This document shows, piece after piece, positions 23,728-38,700 of a stretch of DNA of 64,000 nucleotides (position 1 is its first letter; the number at the start of each line of letters is the position of its first letter). The notes below the pieces were generated by a model, which did no database searches, was not told the origin of the DNA, and saw nothing but the letters and a program-made list of their open reading frames with translations. The position numbers and the translations under genes are program-made. Source of the DNA: Catajapyx aquilonaris (taxonomy: Eukaryota); contig JYFJ02000862.1 of assembly GCA_000934665.2 (NCBI GenBank), positions 1-64,000 on the forward strand, read 5' to 3'.

Positions 23728-24078
23728 GTCGATCCAGGGAATTTGTCAGGTCCGTTGACGTTGAGATATCAGCCTCATCTTGCGTCATTGACGACGACGC
23801 GTCAAGTTGCTGGAGACGACAATATTATTGACGCGTCAAAATAAATTATGGAATGGAAATGGAACAGTCCGACGACTGAAACGTCTTCTCACCGGAGAGA
23901 AACTACTGAGTCGAATAGCTTCTCTCCGGGTGATCACAAAGGTCGAATGGCTTCTCTTCGGGGAGATTACCCGGTCGAATATAACGTCGCTGCTACATAA
24001 AAAAGCGGCGACTGTGAAAGCGCGGTTATTTTAACAATGTTAAAAAAAATAAATGAAATTGTTACTAAATAAGTTGTG

Positions 24079-24084
24079 TTTATT
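24079..24084 (-). terminator. Putative TRAP1 polyadenylation signal (AATAAA)
   Basis: tttatt on the + strand, ~43 nt downstream of the TRAP1 stop. Confidence 0.55.
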
Positions 24085-24126
24085 ATCCCTCGGTTTTACA
24101 TATGAGCCTTTTTACTGGTTGCTTTA

Positions 24127-26759
24127 CTAGTGCTTTTCTAGTGCCAGAGTGAGAAGGTCGTTCATTTTGGCGACCATGGTCCGCGGGTCCTCTACCAAAC
24201 CGGCGGCCACCATCGCATTGCAGAAGAGCTGGAAAAATTATGGAGCATTAAACTTGTACTTGTAACATACGGTGAAGTAAGTTACCTGATTAGCAACCAA
24301 TTCAGCCAGAGTTGAATTGGATTTCCTCAGCGTACTCAGCTTCTTCATTATTGGATGACTGATTCAAAACAAAAAGAACAGAAAGTGTTAAACACTAAAT
24401 AGCTACTATACCACAGCAGTGGTCACCTTGGATTGATTTCAAGTTGCGGTTGAAGCAAAGAGAAGCGTGACTCTTGGGGCAAACCGGCTGACTGCGTGCG
24501 GACAAAATGCCTGGCAGCAGCCATTTCCTCCACCGTCACCAGACAAGGATGCGACGACAGCCTGTGTGTCACCTTCACATCATGAGCCTGTCCTTTCAGA
24601 GTCTTCTTCAACCACGACACCAAGTCTTCAGTTTCTCCTTTGGCCAAACTTCCAACCACTAAAAACACACACAATTGATTCAACAAAAAAAATTCCTCTC
24701 TCTGTGTTCCCCCCCCTGCTACAATTCACCTTGTTCTTCGAGGTTGATCTTCTCCTTGTCTTGTCGCATTTCCTTTTCGACAGAGGTGACATTGCGACGG
24801 TCAAACTGTCTCAGCTGCATTAGGACCAGCTCGTCGTATGGCTCGTAGCAGAATAATACTTCCACGTTTCGCTCCTTCAGGGCTTCAAAGTAAGCCGATG
24901 TCTCAGCCAGAGCTCGACTGCAAAAAGACACACACAAAAAAAAAATCGGAATAATTCGCCACTTTCAAAGAATTTGCACACTTAAAGAAGACCCCCAGTT
25001 GTTGGTTATGTTAACGGTATTTCAGAAATGGAATCGGCTATATGCGTACTACACCTTTACTTACTAAAGAAACGCCAAAAAAAGGTTTCGGACATACTTC
25101 TTGTCATGAAAGTTAGTGATAGGAACGAAAAACACCTTGCACGAGTGCTGATGGTTGCATAGCCGACACATTTTTAATTTTTTAATTCTTCTGCCATGTA
25201 ATTACTTTACACTTTGCCTACATACGGGGGCTTGCAAGTAGCAAGATAAGGAAATATTACACTTGGAGTAGACCCAAATACTGTTTGTTAACTTATCGGG
25301 TGAGTATTTTCCTCGCTAGATGGCTACGGCTTCCTCACGGTACATGCAGAGTATTACTACCGCAAGGATCATTTAATTTTAATCCACGGATTACCGAAGT
25401 TGTGATTGGAATGTACATAATGTGTAATATCTTCCGATATTCTCGGTACAATATTTTTAACAGGAAACTATTCCAGTAATTTTGCATTATTTTGGTCACT
25501 GAAACAAACAGCTTGTAAAGTGGGCACACTTTGCAAAATATTCAGAAACTAAATTCATCACAAAGACCTTAATCGCAAAACTGTGTGCTAACATCTCACC
25601 GCAGGAGTTCATATATGTGTCGCAGACACTAATAGAAACGCCCCCCCGTGGAGACAAGTCTGGGCAACGGAATTGACGAAAACTGCGTCGCTGCAGCGTC
25701 GCGACGTCTCTCAAATAAAAACCGGACGCAAAAAGGCACAAAGAGAAACCCCCAACTTAGTTCTGGTCAACTCTATATACAGTGCACCAGGCAAGAACTC
25801 TCCCAAGAAGTAATATTCCATTAATATCAACAATGCGCAAAATTTTTTTAAACAAGATTTTAGCTCCAACCTGTAGCACTGTGGGTTCCTTTCAGTTTAT
25901 GAACAACCACTGCGACTACGTTATAATTTAACACCACTTTTCCTCTCTTCTTTATTTTTTTTTCTTCTTATTCTTCCAGAATACCCTCCTAGAAACTTCT
26001 GGCTTCTATCGGTGCCAAATCGGCCATATTTCCCACGCTGATGACGCCAGATGGCGTCCTTTTTCCCTCCTCCAGCCATCCCCAGCAAAGGATTTTGGCT
26101 TCAGCTTCACATCGGCCACTCTTTGGAGGATTATCTTCATTGGAAGAGATTACTCTGGAAGGGCTTGTGGCAGCCGAACGGACTTTGCTTCCTATACACT
26201 GACAGCTAATGGCCCCGGGATTCGGATACCATCTCAAATCATGGTCTCGGGGAAATCGGCGAGGTTGTTACAAGCTTGCGAGAATCGGTCGCAGCGTGAG
26301 CGAGAATGAAAGCGTGAGTGAGAATGAAAGCGTGAGCGAGAAGCCAATTCTCACACCCCATCTCAAATCAGTCTCGGGGAAATCGGCGAGGTTGTTACAA
26401 GCTCGCCAGAATCGGTCGCAGCGTGAGCGAGAATGAAAGCGTGAGCGAGAATGAAAGCGTGAGCGAGAAGCCAATTCTCACACCCCATCTCAAATCAGTC
26501 TCGGGGAAATCAGCGAGGTTGTTAAAACCTCGGGAGAATTGGTCTCAGCGTGAGCGAGAACTTCAGCGAGAAGGGTGTTCTCCCTCATTTCGCAAATTTT
26601 GGTGAGCGTACCTGGGTGCTGCCAAATAGTAGATGTCCTTTTGGGCTTCCTTCATCCGGCTGCAGTATTCTGGAAGACTGACCCTCTCGCCTTCAGGTTT
26701 CAGCGAGGATTCGAATCGCAAAAGCTTAGCTATCTCCTCCTGCAAATAACATTCAATTT

Positions 26760-26790
<31 letters not shown>

Positions 26791-29700
26791 TACAATGAGT
26801 AGGGCTGTTCTAATCAATTTTTATGCACGTGCTGGTCCTCCCATCAATAAATCTGCAAAAATTACCTACTGAGTGTCTGAAAAAGCAGTGGCCATTTCTG
26901 GCCGTTTGGTGCAAATCTGTCCCCCACCAAAGAATGAATTGCTAATGGTCGGCTTTCAACGTCATGGGCTAGTGTGTGGATATCGTTAAAAAGAATTGGA
27001 AATATTCATGACCATTAATAACACCCCCTGGCTCCCAGGAAAAAAAAAAAAAGCTGACTCATCAAATGTGCTCTGCAAGTGACCTTTAGTCTCTAAAATA
27101 AAGCCTCACTTTGTATATCGAGCCACATATCCACCTTCGCAGAGAGGAGACCCCCCTACACTTAATTGGCGTTAATTCAATTTTAATTTTCGCCTCGACC
27201 CGTATACCCCGTATGGGAGCAATTACGTCCCTTTTGTGAGAGTTTACGAAGGTTCCACACAGCAGCTTTGAATACACACACACACACAAACTCTGATAAG
27301 GACACAAGAAAAGAAGTTTTAATGAAGTTAACCTTTTCCAACTGTTCCGGCACCAGAATGATGCCTTCCTTCATGTAGATCCCATATTCGCGATAGAATT
27401 TGTAGAATTCATCCGGATCTTTCTGTGACTTGTCGTGAAGGAACCGCAAAATCCGATTGGTCAAGACAGTCCTCAGCTTCCTGTAAGAAATTAATAGGCT
27501 TATTCTCTCCGTCGGATGTTTGTCGCTACTTATCGCACGACCTGAGGGTTGCAGGAGTGTACAGAGGGAGCGTGCACCATCTATGCGTGAAGAACCGTAC
27601 TAGGTGGTAAATCGGCAGGCATTCTCATTAAAGTTGTTTAATTGCCACTCTAATACTGATTATACGAGATTTTTTTGCCACATTTTGGCAACGGATTCAC
27701 TAGTATTTTTCCTAAACGGCTTATTCTCTCCGTCGGATGTTTGTCCGACCTAATACTATCGCTATCACCCGTACGACCTGAGGTGGCAGGAGTGTATACA
27801 GAGGGAGTCAGTGCCATCTATGCGGCAAGAATGTAGTATTATGCGGTAAATCGGCGGGCCTTCTCATTAAAGTTTAATTATTGTCACTCTCTTACTGACT
27901 ACAGATTTTGCCACATTTTGGCTATACTAGTTACTAAGCATCTATTACACCAAGAAATGAAAGGGTACAACCTCACATGGAACGTACAGTGTGTATTACT
28001 GATGTTCATTCATTACACTTATTAATTAGCACCCGTTTTCATTAATGAAAAGCGCCCTAAATGAGTAACTCCAACTACATTAATTCACTTGGGTAAACAC
28101 ATTTCATGGAAATATGCTGAACATTAATTGAATGGCAGATCCCAACATTAATACCCCCCAAAAAATTATCTGCAAATTTTATTCACGTTTTTAAAAAGGT
28201 TTATTATATTATATTCGTTGTAAGTTGCCTTCAGAGCGTGACACACAGGAGACAAAGAACCATCTTTTTTTCCCCAAAAAGCTGGGGCCGTTTAATTAAA
28301 CGATGGAAAAGCGGCGGGGAACAAGAGAGAAAAGGTTCCGGGGGAGGGCTTCGGGCAAAGCAAATCAATACGGGTTGAGGAGGAAAATATACGGGGGAGG
28401 GGAAAGGGGGAAAAAGAGGACGGAATTTTCGCGGCAAAAACGACGGTCCTCTTCCCCACACACACATCATGGCTGCCAACAGCCCCCCCCCAAAAAATAT
28501 ACCAAAGAAGGGCAGGGTGCTCCCCCCAAAAAATCTAGACAAATCGATTCCCCTTGAAAATTAATGAAATTACCTGATTAGAGCACTGTCTTGTAGAAGT
28601 TCTCGGCTCAAATTCAACGGAATGTCTTCAGAGTCCACCACACCTGTAAGGGAAATTATTTATTTAAAACAAAAATATTCTATCCTGCTGTCCCTTTTCC
28701 AGTCTTTTTCTCATAGTCGTCAGTTGCTGGGGTGACGGAGATGAATCGTTGTGTCCAGCTACCCCTCTCTCTAAAAAAAAACGGAAAAAGAATGGGGTCT
28801 AACCCTCTCCTATACGGCTTTTGCCTGTCGCGTCTAAAAAGAAAAATTGGATCGAACAAGATGGAAACGTCGCATTTAGGTTCACACAGGTCGTTGTCGT
28901 TGGAAGCCACCACAAACCGCAAGCAACAACGACGCCAGTGGGAAACTGTTGGTCGTTGTCTCATGTTAAATGACCTTTCAGCAAAGTGCTGGGATAATAG
29001 CATTTTACTACCATCTATATCCTTTGCAGGGAAGTTAACTGTTTTCGAACACATTTAATGTTCCTCCCATAATTTACTGTTATCGGCATCTTTATATCCT
29101 TCGAAAATCCTTTCACAAAATTGCGAAATGCCATTACTCATTCATCCACTCGTAGTCTCTAAGCCCTCTACATCAGATATATCTATTTTTTTTGTGACCG
29201 CCATTAAAAATAGCCTCAGCTTATTCCTGTGCTATCAGTGCAGTAATAAAAAAAGTACATTTGTACTGCGAGTACCACGAAAGATTAGGACACCTGATGG
29301 AACACCCTGTAAAAGTTGGCTTCATAATTTAGTCAGTTTGCGAGGTAAAATGACCTAGGTAGTAGTGCAGCCAACGCAGCGAAATGATCCGAAAAGTCAA
29401 CTTTGAAAAGAGTGGAAAAGTCATCCCGAGTGACGTCCATTAGGTTTTCCTGGGAGTCTACAGTAGGAGAGAGGCATCACATGATAAGCTGACAAAGTTA
29501 GGGGGGGGATTCTCTACTGCTCTGGATCTCCGGTGGATGATGAATGGCTAAAGCATGGGAGATCCTGGATCAAGGGCACGTCACGGGGGCTTCTCCCTTC
29601 CATTACCCCAGCCTCCACTCCTACTATTAGCCCATGCAAATCATGGCCTCAAGGAAGGCAAAGCGAATGATAGTGTATATAGTCAGGGAGAGGGGGGGGG

Positions 29701-32700
29701 GGGTTCCATCCACAAACTCCCATGTACTGCAAATTGGCTCGTCAAAAGACAAGTTTACTCAACATGGCCGACAAATATGGACAGCCATGTTGGATTAACT
29801 CGGCGGTGCTGCCATCTAAAACGATGAAAATGATGTCCCAATATACAGAGCGACATCCCCAACGTGCATTTAGTACTACTTTCCATAATGAGAGGGCAGC
29901 AGTGTGCAGTGAGGGTGCGCGCCATCTGTTATCGGCAGATCATACTTGACCGGACAGTGTTGCCAAGTTTCGTTATTATTCAAAGAATGCCATTTCCGTG
30001 CTGTGTGAGGTGTGTAAAACCCTCTCAGAATTTTGCTACTCTTTCGTGCATTCGCCTTTCCAGCGCACCCTGCATTATCACACGCCGTTATTAAAGATCA
30101 ACTCAGTACTTACGCTAGGTGGTGTAATTTATGAGCTTCTCCTGAACACGCCGAGTTCCTTAGTCCCCCCGTTCCTCGAATAAACAATCTCCACCTCCCC
30201 GAAGTTTACCCGCACATTAGACACTGACTTTATATTCTCTTCCCTCCCCCACAGTTTCCTCCAGAGTACCCTTCTCTGCATTGCCCCCCCAACATACAAA
30301 GGCCTAAGTCCTCCTCCCCCAACAAGTGGTCCTCACCTCTTCTCATCCCTCCCCGAAGCACCCCTTATAAGGAGAAGGTAAGGATTTCCATCTTCATTAC
30401 AAGTGGATGCTGGTTGTAACGTGCTAAGCGGTGTTAAGAGTCAAGCTTTTGTCTCGACTTCTTGGTTGACGAATAGGACCAGGTATGGGCAACTTGCTAG
30501 GGGGCGTAAACGTTACAAAATACATCCCACTAAAGATACGGATCGGTTCCATATAAATGCAGGTAACATGGCACGTGCGCTGCAGGATTTCGAATATTTG
30601 TCATTCTAGGACGTTCATGCTGGGGTTGGGTACAATACAGGCTTTTGTCCATTTACAACTAACAAAAAATGAGTAATTTACAAGCATCCGGTGTAATTCC
30701 ATAGAGCACCAGCTGACGTTTGCTATCTGAATGGAAAAATCCTTGACACTGGTTATCTGCCCGATAAGGTAAACTAGTAGGGGGGCTTGCTGCTTGCTCT
30801 TCAGATCAAGATGTACTTATTGCTACTTCAAAGCAAGCACTGATTCATGCTACAAGACTGCATCAGGACAGTGATCGATATAATAATGTCTTCTTTTCTT
30901 AAATTTACTTTTACTGTCGGTATGTAGCAACGGTCACTTGACCTGTAATGAATCATCATTATACAAGCCTTTAATCAACAGTTGAAATGATTTTGGCAAA
31001 ACATTAGTGGAATTATGTAATAAAAATTTTCAGGGGTAAAATTTTAGTGTTATTTGTCCACGTGCAAATTACTTACTTGGGAGTACTTAATAGTTTTTAA
31101 TTACAGGGTTTAGCAATGTTATAAAAGCAGGACCAACTGGAATGCAAACTTTGGACTCCATAATTCACTTTGGAGTCCACATAACAATTTTGGGAGTGCA
31201 AATTGCACCTTTGCATCCGAATATTTCGACCCCTACATTTGCCATTCTCAATTTACACCAGCGACATGTACAGTACAGCACGCGATTACGTTCAATATCC
31301 GCAAAATGATGCAAAAATGTACCTCGCAATTTTCTAAGCCAAAAGTTGCGCAAGGTAAGTTACTAATACTGTAATTTTGGCGACCAGAAATAAATAGAGA
31401 GGGGGGGGGGGACCGGTTTCCTTCTGCCACACCCCTGCCTAAATAATATGTATTGCTTAAAACAGAATTATGCAACGGGAAAAAGTTTCATGAAAGGAAA
31501 AATGCAAGACTCGTGACTCGTTTGTTTCACACTTCACCGGTTATTATAGTCACCGCCTTGACCAAGTTATGTGCTGGCTGAAAGTGGGAATCTGAAGGAC
31601 TTGGAAGAAAATGTCTCACTCAACTCGTAAACGAACAATTTGCGAATGATTTTTTTAAAAATTAGTTTTACCTGGGTCTATAGACTCAAAATAAAGTTAT
31701 CTCGCCTTCTCTTTACAAGTACAACACGGCGGCGATGTTAGTACTGCATTACTGGCATGTAATGTAAGTAGATGGTACGCGTTCCTTGGTGAGAGGCTTG
31801 TGAATCGATTGACCCTGCAGGCTGCGGTATACTGCTAGCTCGACCATACCCAGATCCCGAGCAGGGAAAAGGGGACTATAACAAGGCTTGGGGGACGATC
31901 CTATATAAACACAACAATATCAAACCACGCAGGAGACGCAAATCACGCGAAAAACAATAAAGTGATCGAAAAAATTTAGTCAAAAAATCATTTACATCAA
32001 ACGATTTTTTTTTTGTTAGCAGCTCGACAAAATCTCTGTATATAAATCAGAAGGTTTGTCTGTATGTCAGGGCTACCTAACCCACTTCCGGTGGCCTACC
32101 GAGAGTACTGACATTGTAATGCATAACTTAATACGCTAATACAGTACAATCTCAGTACAGGTTGATTCCTATCATAACGTTAGGTACACACTATCCAACT
32201 TTAATATTGCACCGTTTTCATCAAGTGGTACTGACAACTTGATATTAATTAAACACCAAGATTATACAGTTTCCACTGCGTCATCCGCTGCAACACCTGC
32301 TACATTCTTAACAGTTACGCTGCATAAACTTTAGTGTAATCTGGTGTAATACACTAATAAGCACCTTGAACCCAACATTATTGCTAGGAGAGGCGGGTTT
32401 GTAACTAGGCCTATATTTTACCTCCGGCTAAACACTAAGTTCGCACACCAAACGCCCAGTCCCCCGTACGCAAAACAGTAATAACCTTAACAGACTACTT
32501 CCTATGCAAATTAATATCACGTAAATGCACATCCGTCGAGAGGAAGTCTGGCCGTAATGCAGTTGCGGAAGGTCTAACCGGCAACGGAGAGGAAGTTGGC
32601 TTTTACTGTTACTATAAAAATATGACAAAATGTGACGAATCGAGTGCTGACACCAGACGGCCAGTTGGAAACTCTAGGGGCAAAAATTTTTTCTCTTCTT

Positions 32701-35700
32701 CTCTTTCTCTCCTCAGCGCCTCCAGGGGCCATCGATCAGTCTTAGACCATCGAGCCCTGAATTGACCAAGTTGCGGTAAAGAGTGAGCGAGAGAGAGAGT
32801 CTCTGACACCCCCCGACTATACCCTTCACCACCTCAAGCCCAACAACCAAGAGGAAACAGAGTGGAACACCTACCTTTCACAAAACGTAGCCATTTAGGC
32901 ACGATGTTGTCAGCTCGGTTCTTGATCAACACTTTGCGACAGTACAAGGCGACGCCCACGTCGCTTTCTCGACTCATCTCAAACAAACCTGGAAGTACAC
33001 AAGGGTTTATACAGTACAGTATACGAGAAAAACCATATTTTTCTATAGGAGTACCATAGCCTCCACCACCGTAGGTCGCAGGCCTCGAAAAAGGGGAGCG
33101 AAACGAGTGGCTTACTAGGCCTGCGGTATACGGTGGTGGCCAATTACGCTATACTCCTAATTATCCGGGCTAATGACTGGGTGTTGCCGGATAATCGGAA
33201 AACACGCCTGAATATATAATGATTTTTAACGACATGGATTTTTTTAAAATGCGCAATTAGCTAGTACAGACTGCCACTAGAGTGTCGAAATATCAGTTAC
33301 CTTCCGTGTCGTAACTTCCTCTATATGCGGAAGGCTCGTAAATTCAGGGTTGGAATAGGCTTCGAAGAATGTCACGCTACATTACCCAGGCCTCAAAAAA
33401 AAAGAAGAAGAGAGTAACTAGTCTCAAGGAATCCCAATCTGCGGGAAGGGGGGNGGGGGGGGCATGGAAGTAAATTCTGAGATGGTGGGGGTAGAGTCTT
33501 AACAAGACCATACTCTAACTCTGAAGCGATAAGCTCTTCTTCTGCCAGGAAAGTAATAGTCTCTTAACGCTAGATTTCCCCTCCTGCCATAAAAGCGCTT
33601 TTCGCTGATATGACCGTGAAGATTTCCTGCCAGCTAATTCCACATCACTCCTAAGTGGAATCCATCCAGTAAACTATTAACATCCACTTCTAAACTCCAC
33701 ATTATTACCCGTATATATAGGAATGAGTATCCCGCCCGATGCAATATTGGCAAGATGACCACTGGTCACATATCTTCCTAACAATCGAGTGCCAAAAAGT
33801 GGCATAAAAGATGGCGTGACAATTCACTCTGCAGCTACCGAAACACATGCCTGTGGGCGACTTGCGAGAGGAAGAAGATCCACATCTTCACCTGTCACAT
33901 ACGTCTTTCCCAAACAGACGTTTACAGCCACGACCTGTTTCCTTATTCCACTCTCGACTTCTCTCATTCTCATTCTGTCTATCTCTCATCTCCGGTAAAA
34001 GAAAAAAACAACAACCCAACAACAACATGAAGCGCAAGATGGAATCGGTTTCTGGAACCCGCAATTACTCCATAGAAAAATGCAAGTTTCTCACATTGAC
34101 CAGGAAACAAAGATAGGGGTCATCCTGGTGTGAAAAACCCGCGGGTGGTACACCACAGGTCGTCTCTTATAGTATGGGTGAGGTTCAAAACAAGAATCTA
34201 TATACACTTAAAAAAAACGGTACATACAGATGAAAATCGGGCTGGGTTCAAACCTGGAGGTCAACATTGTTCTGAATGCAAATGGACGCCTGGTGTTTTT
34301 GGTAGCTGAGCTGCTTATAACCTGTTTTAGGACATCAGATCTCAGAGCACGTTCTCAAAAAAACACACACACACCCACATTTTTTTGGGGGAACAATTTT
34401 AGCAACTTGCTCCCCAAAAGTGGGAGCTGCCGATTGCCATCCTGTGGGCATGGATGCTGCATCGGGACCTTCTTCTTAACGGGCAAACACAACTTTCCGG
34501 AACGAGTCGAAAATGACTTTGTAGTCTATTAAGCAGACGCTAATACGTGCCATGAAAACACTCGATGTGGACCAAGGTGTTCAAAAATTAATGCCTGGGA
34601 ATCGATGGAAGAGCTGCACTGTGGCTAGCCAGATGTGTAATTTCCTTTGAAGCTGCGGGAGTGCTTCTTCAAGTTATACGTACCGAGAGGGTTACTCTCA
34701 CGAGAATTTACAGAGCAATGACTATAAAGAAATTGAAAATATCATTCTGCCAACTTCAAGCGCTTACAAAATTATTTTCGTTCATTTAGCACAAGTGTAC
34801 AAAAAAAAAATTGTCAAAAAAATTGTTGGAACAATCTGTATTACAGCATCGTTTTTGCAGCTCCATAAGTAACCTCGAGAGTGATATTACTTATAAAACG
34901 CAGCTTAACTCGCTACAGTTTTGATAATATGGTTCGGCTGTAACAGCCAGTGCACTTGGTAAACCCAGTGCGGGAATTAAAACGTGAAAATGTGTGGAAA
35001 AAAATGCGAAATCATGCTTTTGGGAGGGCTAAGTAGACGTTAATGCGGGTGATGAAACAGTCGATGTGCGGGGCCAAGCAAGGTTTTTTTAAATTAATAA
35101 AAAGAATCGATGTGCACATTTCGCTGCCCTGCGGCTATCCAGTTGTAGAATTAACCCCTGTGTAATGAATACTGTATATTACTTGGGTCGCTGATGCGCA
35201 CTTCCGCGTGCGGGCATGGAAAAGCCAATTGAAATGGCACATGCTAACGAACACCCCTCCCATTCCCACAGCAGTTATCGATAGCCCAGTGCTGAAAGCA
35301 GATCATGCGGACATCATCCAATAAATTTCCTAATCAACATCGGCAGTATGAAAACAACGTTTCCGTTTGATTCCGCACCCCCCCTCTCCCCACCAGCATG
35401 CGAGTTTATGAAACACTGTTTTCTACATGCATATAGCAGGGGGGTCTCCCTCACTCTCAATATTTGAATTTGATGCAGTCATAATAAACGGACCGGGGCC
35501 AGTTGGACGAAAGTATATGAGTCGCGTAATAGGATTCCCCGAGCACAAATCAAATTCGGATTACAACAGGCCTGGCCAAACACTGACGAACCCCTAAATG
35601 GATTTCCCACACCCCCTCTCGACGCTGGAAATCGTCATTCAGTCAATCCGCAGCTAGTCCTACAGCATGCCAAAAGGCCCACACGGTGCGATACAAACTC

Positions 35701-38700
35701 CTGGCAAGAACATCCAGAGGGCAATACTACAACCACTGGTTCTTAAAAAAAAAAAAAGTCGGTCCCCTTACGGTCAATGACTGCAAACAAGGGGAGGGGT
35801 AAAGAAAAGAAAACAGCGCTATCAGGTAACAAAACTTCTCGTGGCGGGTATTATTTACTTCCTGCCCAAAGCAGATTTTAAAAAGTAAAGTCCTGAAATA
35901 CATGCCTAAGCTCGGTTCCGTGCTCGAGGAATGGAATGAAACGGAATGAATCCCCTCAGCTTCTCCCTCTAATGGGTAGCATGTTAATTTGACACGGATC
36001 CGTAGGGGAGGATTCACTAATCCGCATGCCGGATGGCGCCAGGGGTTCTCAAGTCGGCGCCTCTCGGACTTGATGGCCCACGTGGATGATCGACAAGTTT
36101 GGCCAGGAAAAATAGTACACGAATGAGGGCGACACTAGCGACCCACAGTGGCGCCATCTAGACTTCAACCGGTCGAACTAAATTTAATATATATCCGCCC
36201 AGGGGGAGATGCACTGCGGTGAAAGTAGTTCCACGTATTTTTCTTTTTTATAATTAAACGTTAAAGCTAGAAAAACCCATTTTTCTAGGGCTCAGGCGTA
36301 GAAAACCACTCGCGACCCAGCGACAGATTCGGCACCATGTCGCGCTGGTGGGTGGAGAATGAGGAAGGGTCGAGGTGACGGGAGAGACGGGATGATGTTT
36401 ACATGCCGCCAGTCAGCTAGAACTGAATAGGTCCTCCCTCCATTGCGCAAGCGCAGAACGGGGCCAATCGGAAGTGTCCATGCAAATTATACGATAGGCC
36501 AATCAGAAGCCTTATACAAACAACAAAAGATTTTAATAATATAAGTGATCACACTGAGACATCCAGCAGTCACCTTCAGTCACAGGTATCAACCACCCTA
36601 AGACGTAACAAGGGCACGACCTCTTTACGCCTAGGGTAAGCGGGCGGATCGCTCTTCTGACACACACACATACACAAAGTGTCTAGGAATCATTGAACTT
36701 ACCCGGTTTTCCTTCTGGAAAGTAAAGGAGGCAGCGGATGTTGAGTGGCGCATCCGTTTTGTAATGCAACCAAAAGCGAGGGCGGTCGTAGGCATTGCCC
36801 ACGAACCGGTAGAACTCCTCATGCATGGCTGGACTCACTTCCTTCGGGTCCATCATCCACAGCGCCTGCAACAATACATTCTTTCTTCACTCAAGAATCC
36901 TCTCCACACACCCTGTACAGCACTTGTAGACATACCTGTACAGTGTTGGCCTTCTGTCCGTTGACGAAGATGGGGCTCCCTACAAAATTGCTGTACTTTT
37001 TGATTATGCCTGTCAAAGAGAGAAAAAGGGGTGATTATGGCTGACATGTCGGATATGTAAATCGATTTGGGTTAAGCTTCACTTAGGACGAAAAATGGTG
37101 GTACGGGAGGAGGGAGGGAAAAAGGATCGTTTTCATTAGATTAACCTCCTGTCAGTTCCGGTGTGTAAACAGCGCGAAAGTCAACAAGACAGCTGTCGCT
37201 CATGTCGCGACTACTCAGTACTCTCTTCAACCTTAGTAATTAGCAAATCATGCCTTTCCTTGATAATCTGACAATCCCATTTTGGACGGTGGCTGGATCC
37301 ACCTGGACGTCCAATTCGGAACTTTAGACTTTGTTAGGAACGCTATAAGCAGCAGGCTACATTTTCCGTCACCAGGAATGCGCCTGTGCCACACTCACAT
37401 CAGGTGGTCCTATTGGATTCCGGACCCAAACCAGCATCCCAATAGGACCGGCCAAAAGTATGCAAGCTCCCAGGGCAATACAGAGAACCGACGTGACCTG
37501 AGTATACTGGGAGGGCATTTTTCAATCCGGGTACGGAGCCAAGGACACTCATGCAAAGACACTCCAAATCCAACGAAAAAAAAGGGGGTCCTTTCAGAGG
37601 TCCTTTCATGATCGGAGCAAACCTCATTGCAGATACCCCTAATTGAGAGACCCTCCAAATGAAGAGCCTTTTTTTGAGCAGGATAGACCTTAAGGCTATC
37701 ATAGAAATCTATCGGTTACGGACCATTATTTATAACAAATATTTAAAAAGGGCAGATATGAATATTAAAAGTATTGCGATATTTCACTTTTAAAAAATTT
37801 CGAGTGTTTCTCCACTCGATTTGAGTGATTTTCACGCTTTCGCCTATTCGATTCTACTCCCACTCTTTTTTGACCGTAAAAATCACTCGATAACTATTTT
37901 GGCGAATAGATTTTCACTCAGATTCGTGCGAAAAACCACTCATATTGAGCGAAATGAGTTTCGCTCAATGAAGGAGCAGTCTTACGCTCATTTTCACCTT
38001 TCTGTCAATTAATTTTTCAGTCGATTAGACCTCATAAAGTAAATATTTCCGGAATAAAATTCACTCAAAAAATAGCATTTTGCGAAATGGCTCAATTTTA
38101 GAGTGAAATTTTCACTCGAAAACTTTTAGAGCGTAGGTTTGCAACAACAACAACAAAAAAAAAGTTTGGGAGAGATTACAGCAATGGACACGATCAAATT
38201 AGTATTCCGTTCCTTCTGGCCCCACAAAATTGCGCTCCGGTTGTTACGAATCTGTGTGAGTGAAATATAACGGTCGGGGTCATGCGAGAAACTCATCCAG
38301 AACCAAAAAAGAGACGGGGGGGATATCGCTATCAAAAAAATGGCAAGACAGCCTCTCTCATTTCGCATTTTTTAGTTTACTCCCCATTTTTTATATATAG
38401 TCTCATGCCCCCTCCGGAAGATGATAAGTCAAGGCAACCTTTCGATTTGATGAACGACCTTTTTTTTGATATTAATAACAAACAAACAAAAAATCCCAAC
38501 GAAATCACCACTTCCGAGGTCGTGCTCTGAACCCACTTTTGTTGCAGACAACTGCACTCTAAATAAATACAGGATTGTGCAAGGAGCGATAATACCGAGA
38601 GAAAAGACGGGTTTTAAGGTGGATTTATGTCATGCACTGATATGAGGATTGGTATAGTAAAAGTTGAACCACAACTAATGGAAACAACTCACACAAAAAA

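Noticed and set aside
26037..26065. Hammerhead-like CTGATGA followed by a hairpin
   Set aside because: No GAAA core after stem II.
26209..26605. Repetitive RS/SENES ORFs
   Set aside because: Translations of the 18-bp/127-bp tandem repeat.
32033..32110. Helitron-like 5' terminus atctctgtatataaatcagaaggtttgtctgtatgtc
   Set aside because: No matching 3' end or second copy found in the window; too weak to call.
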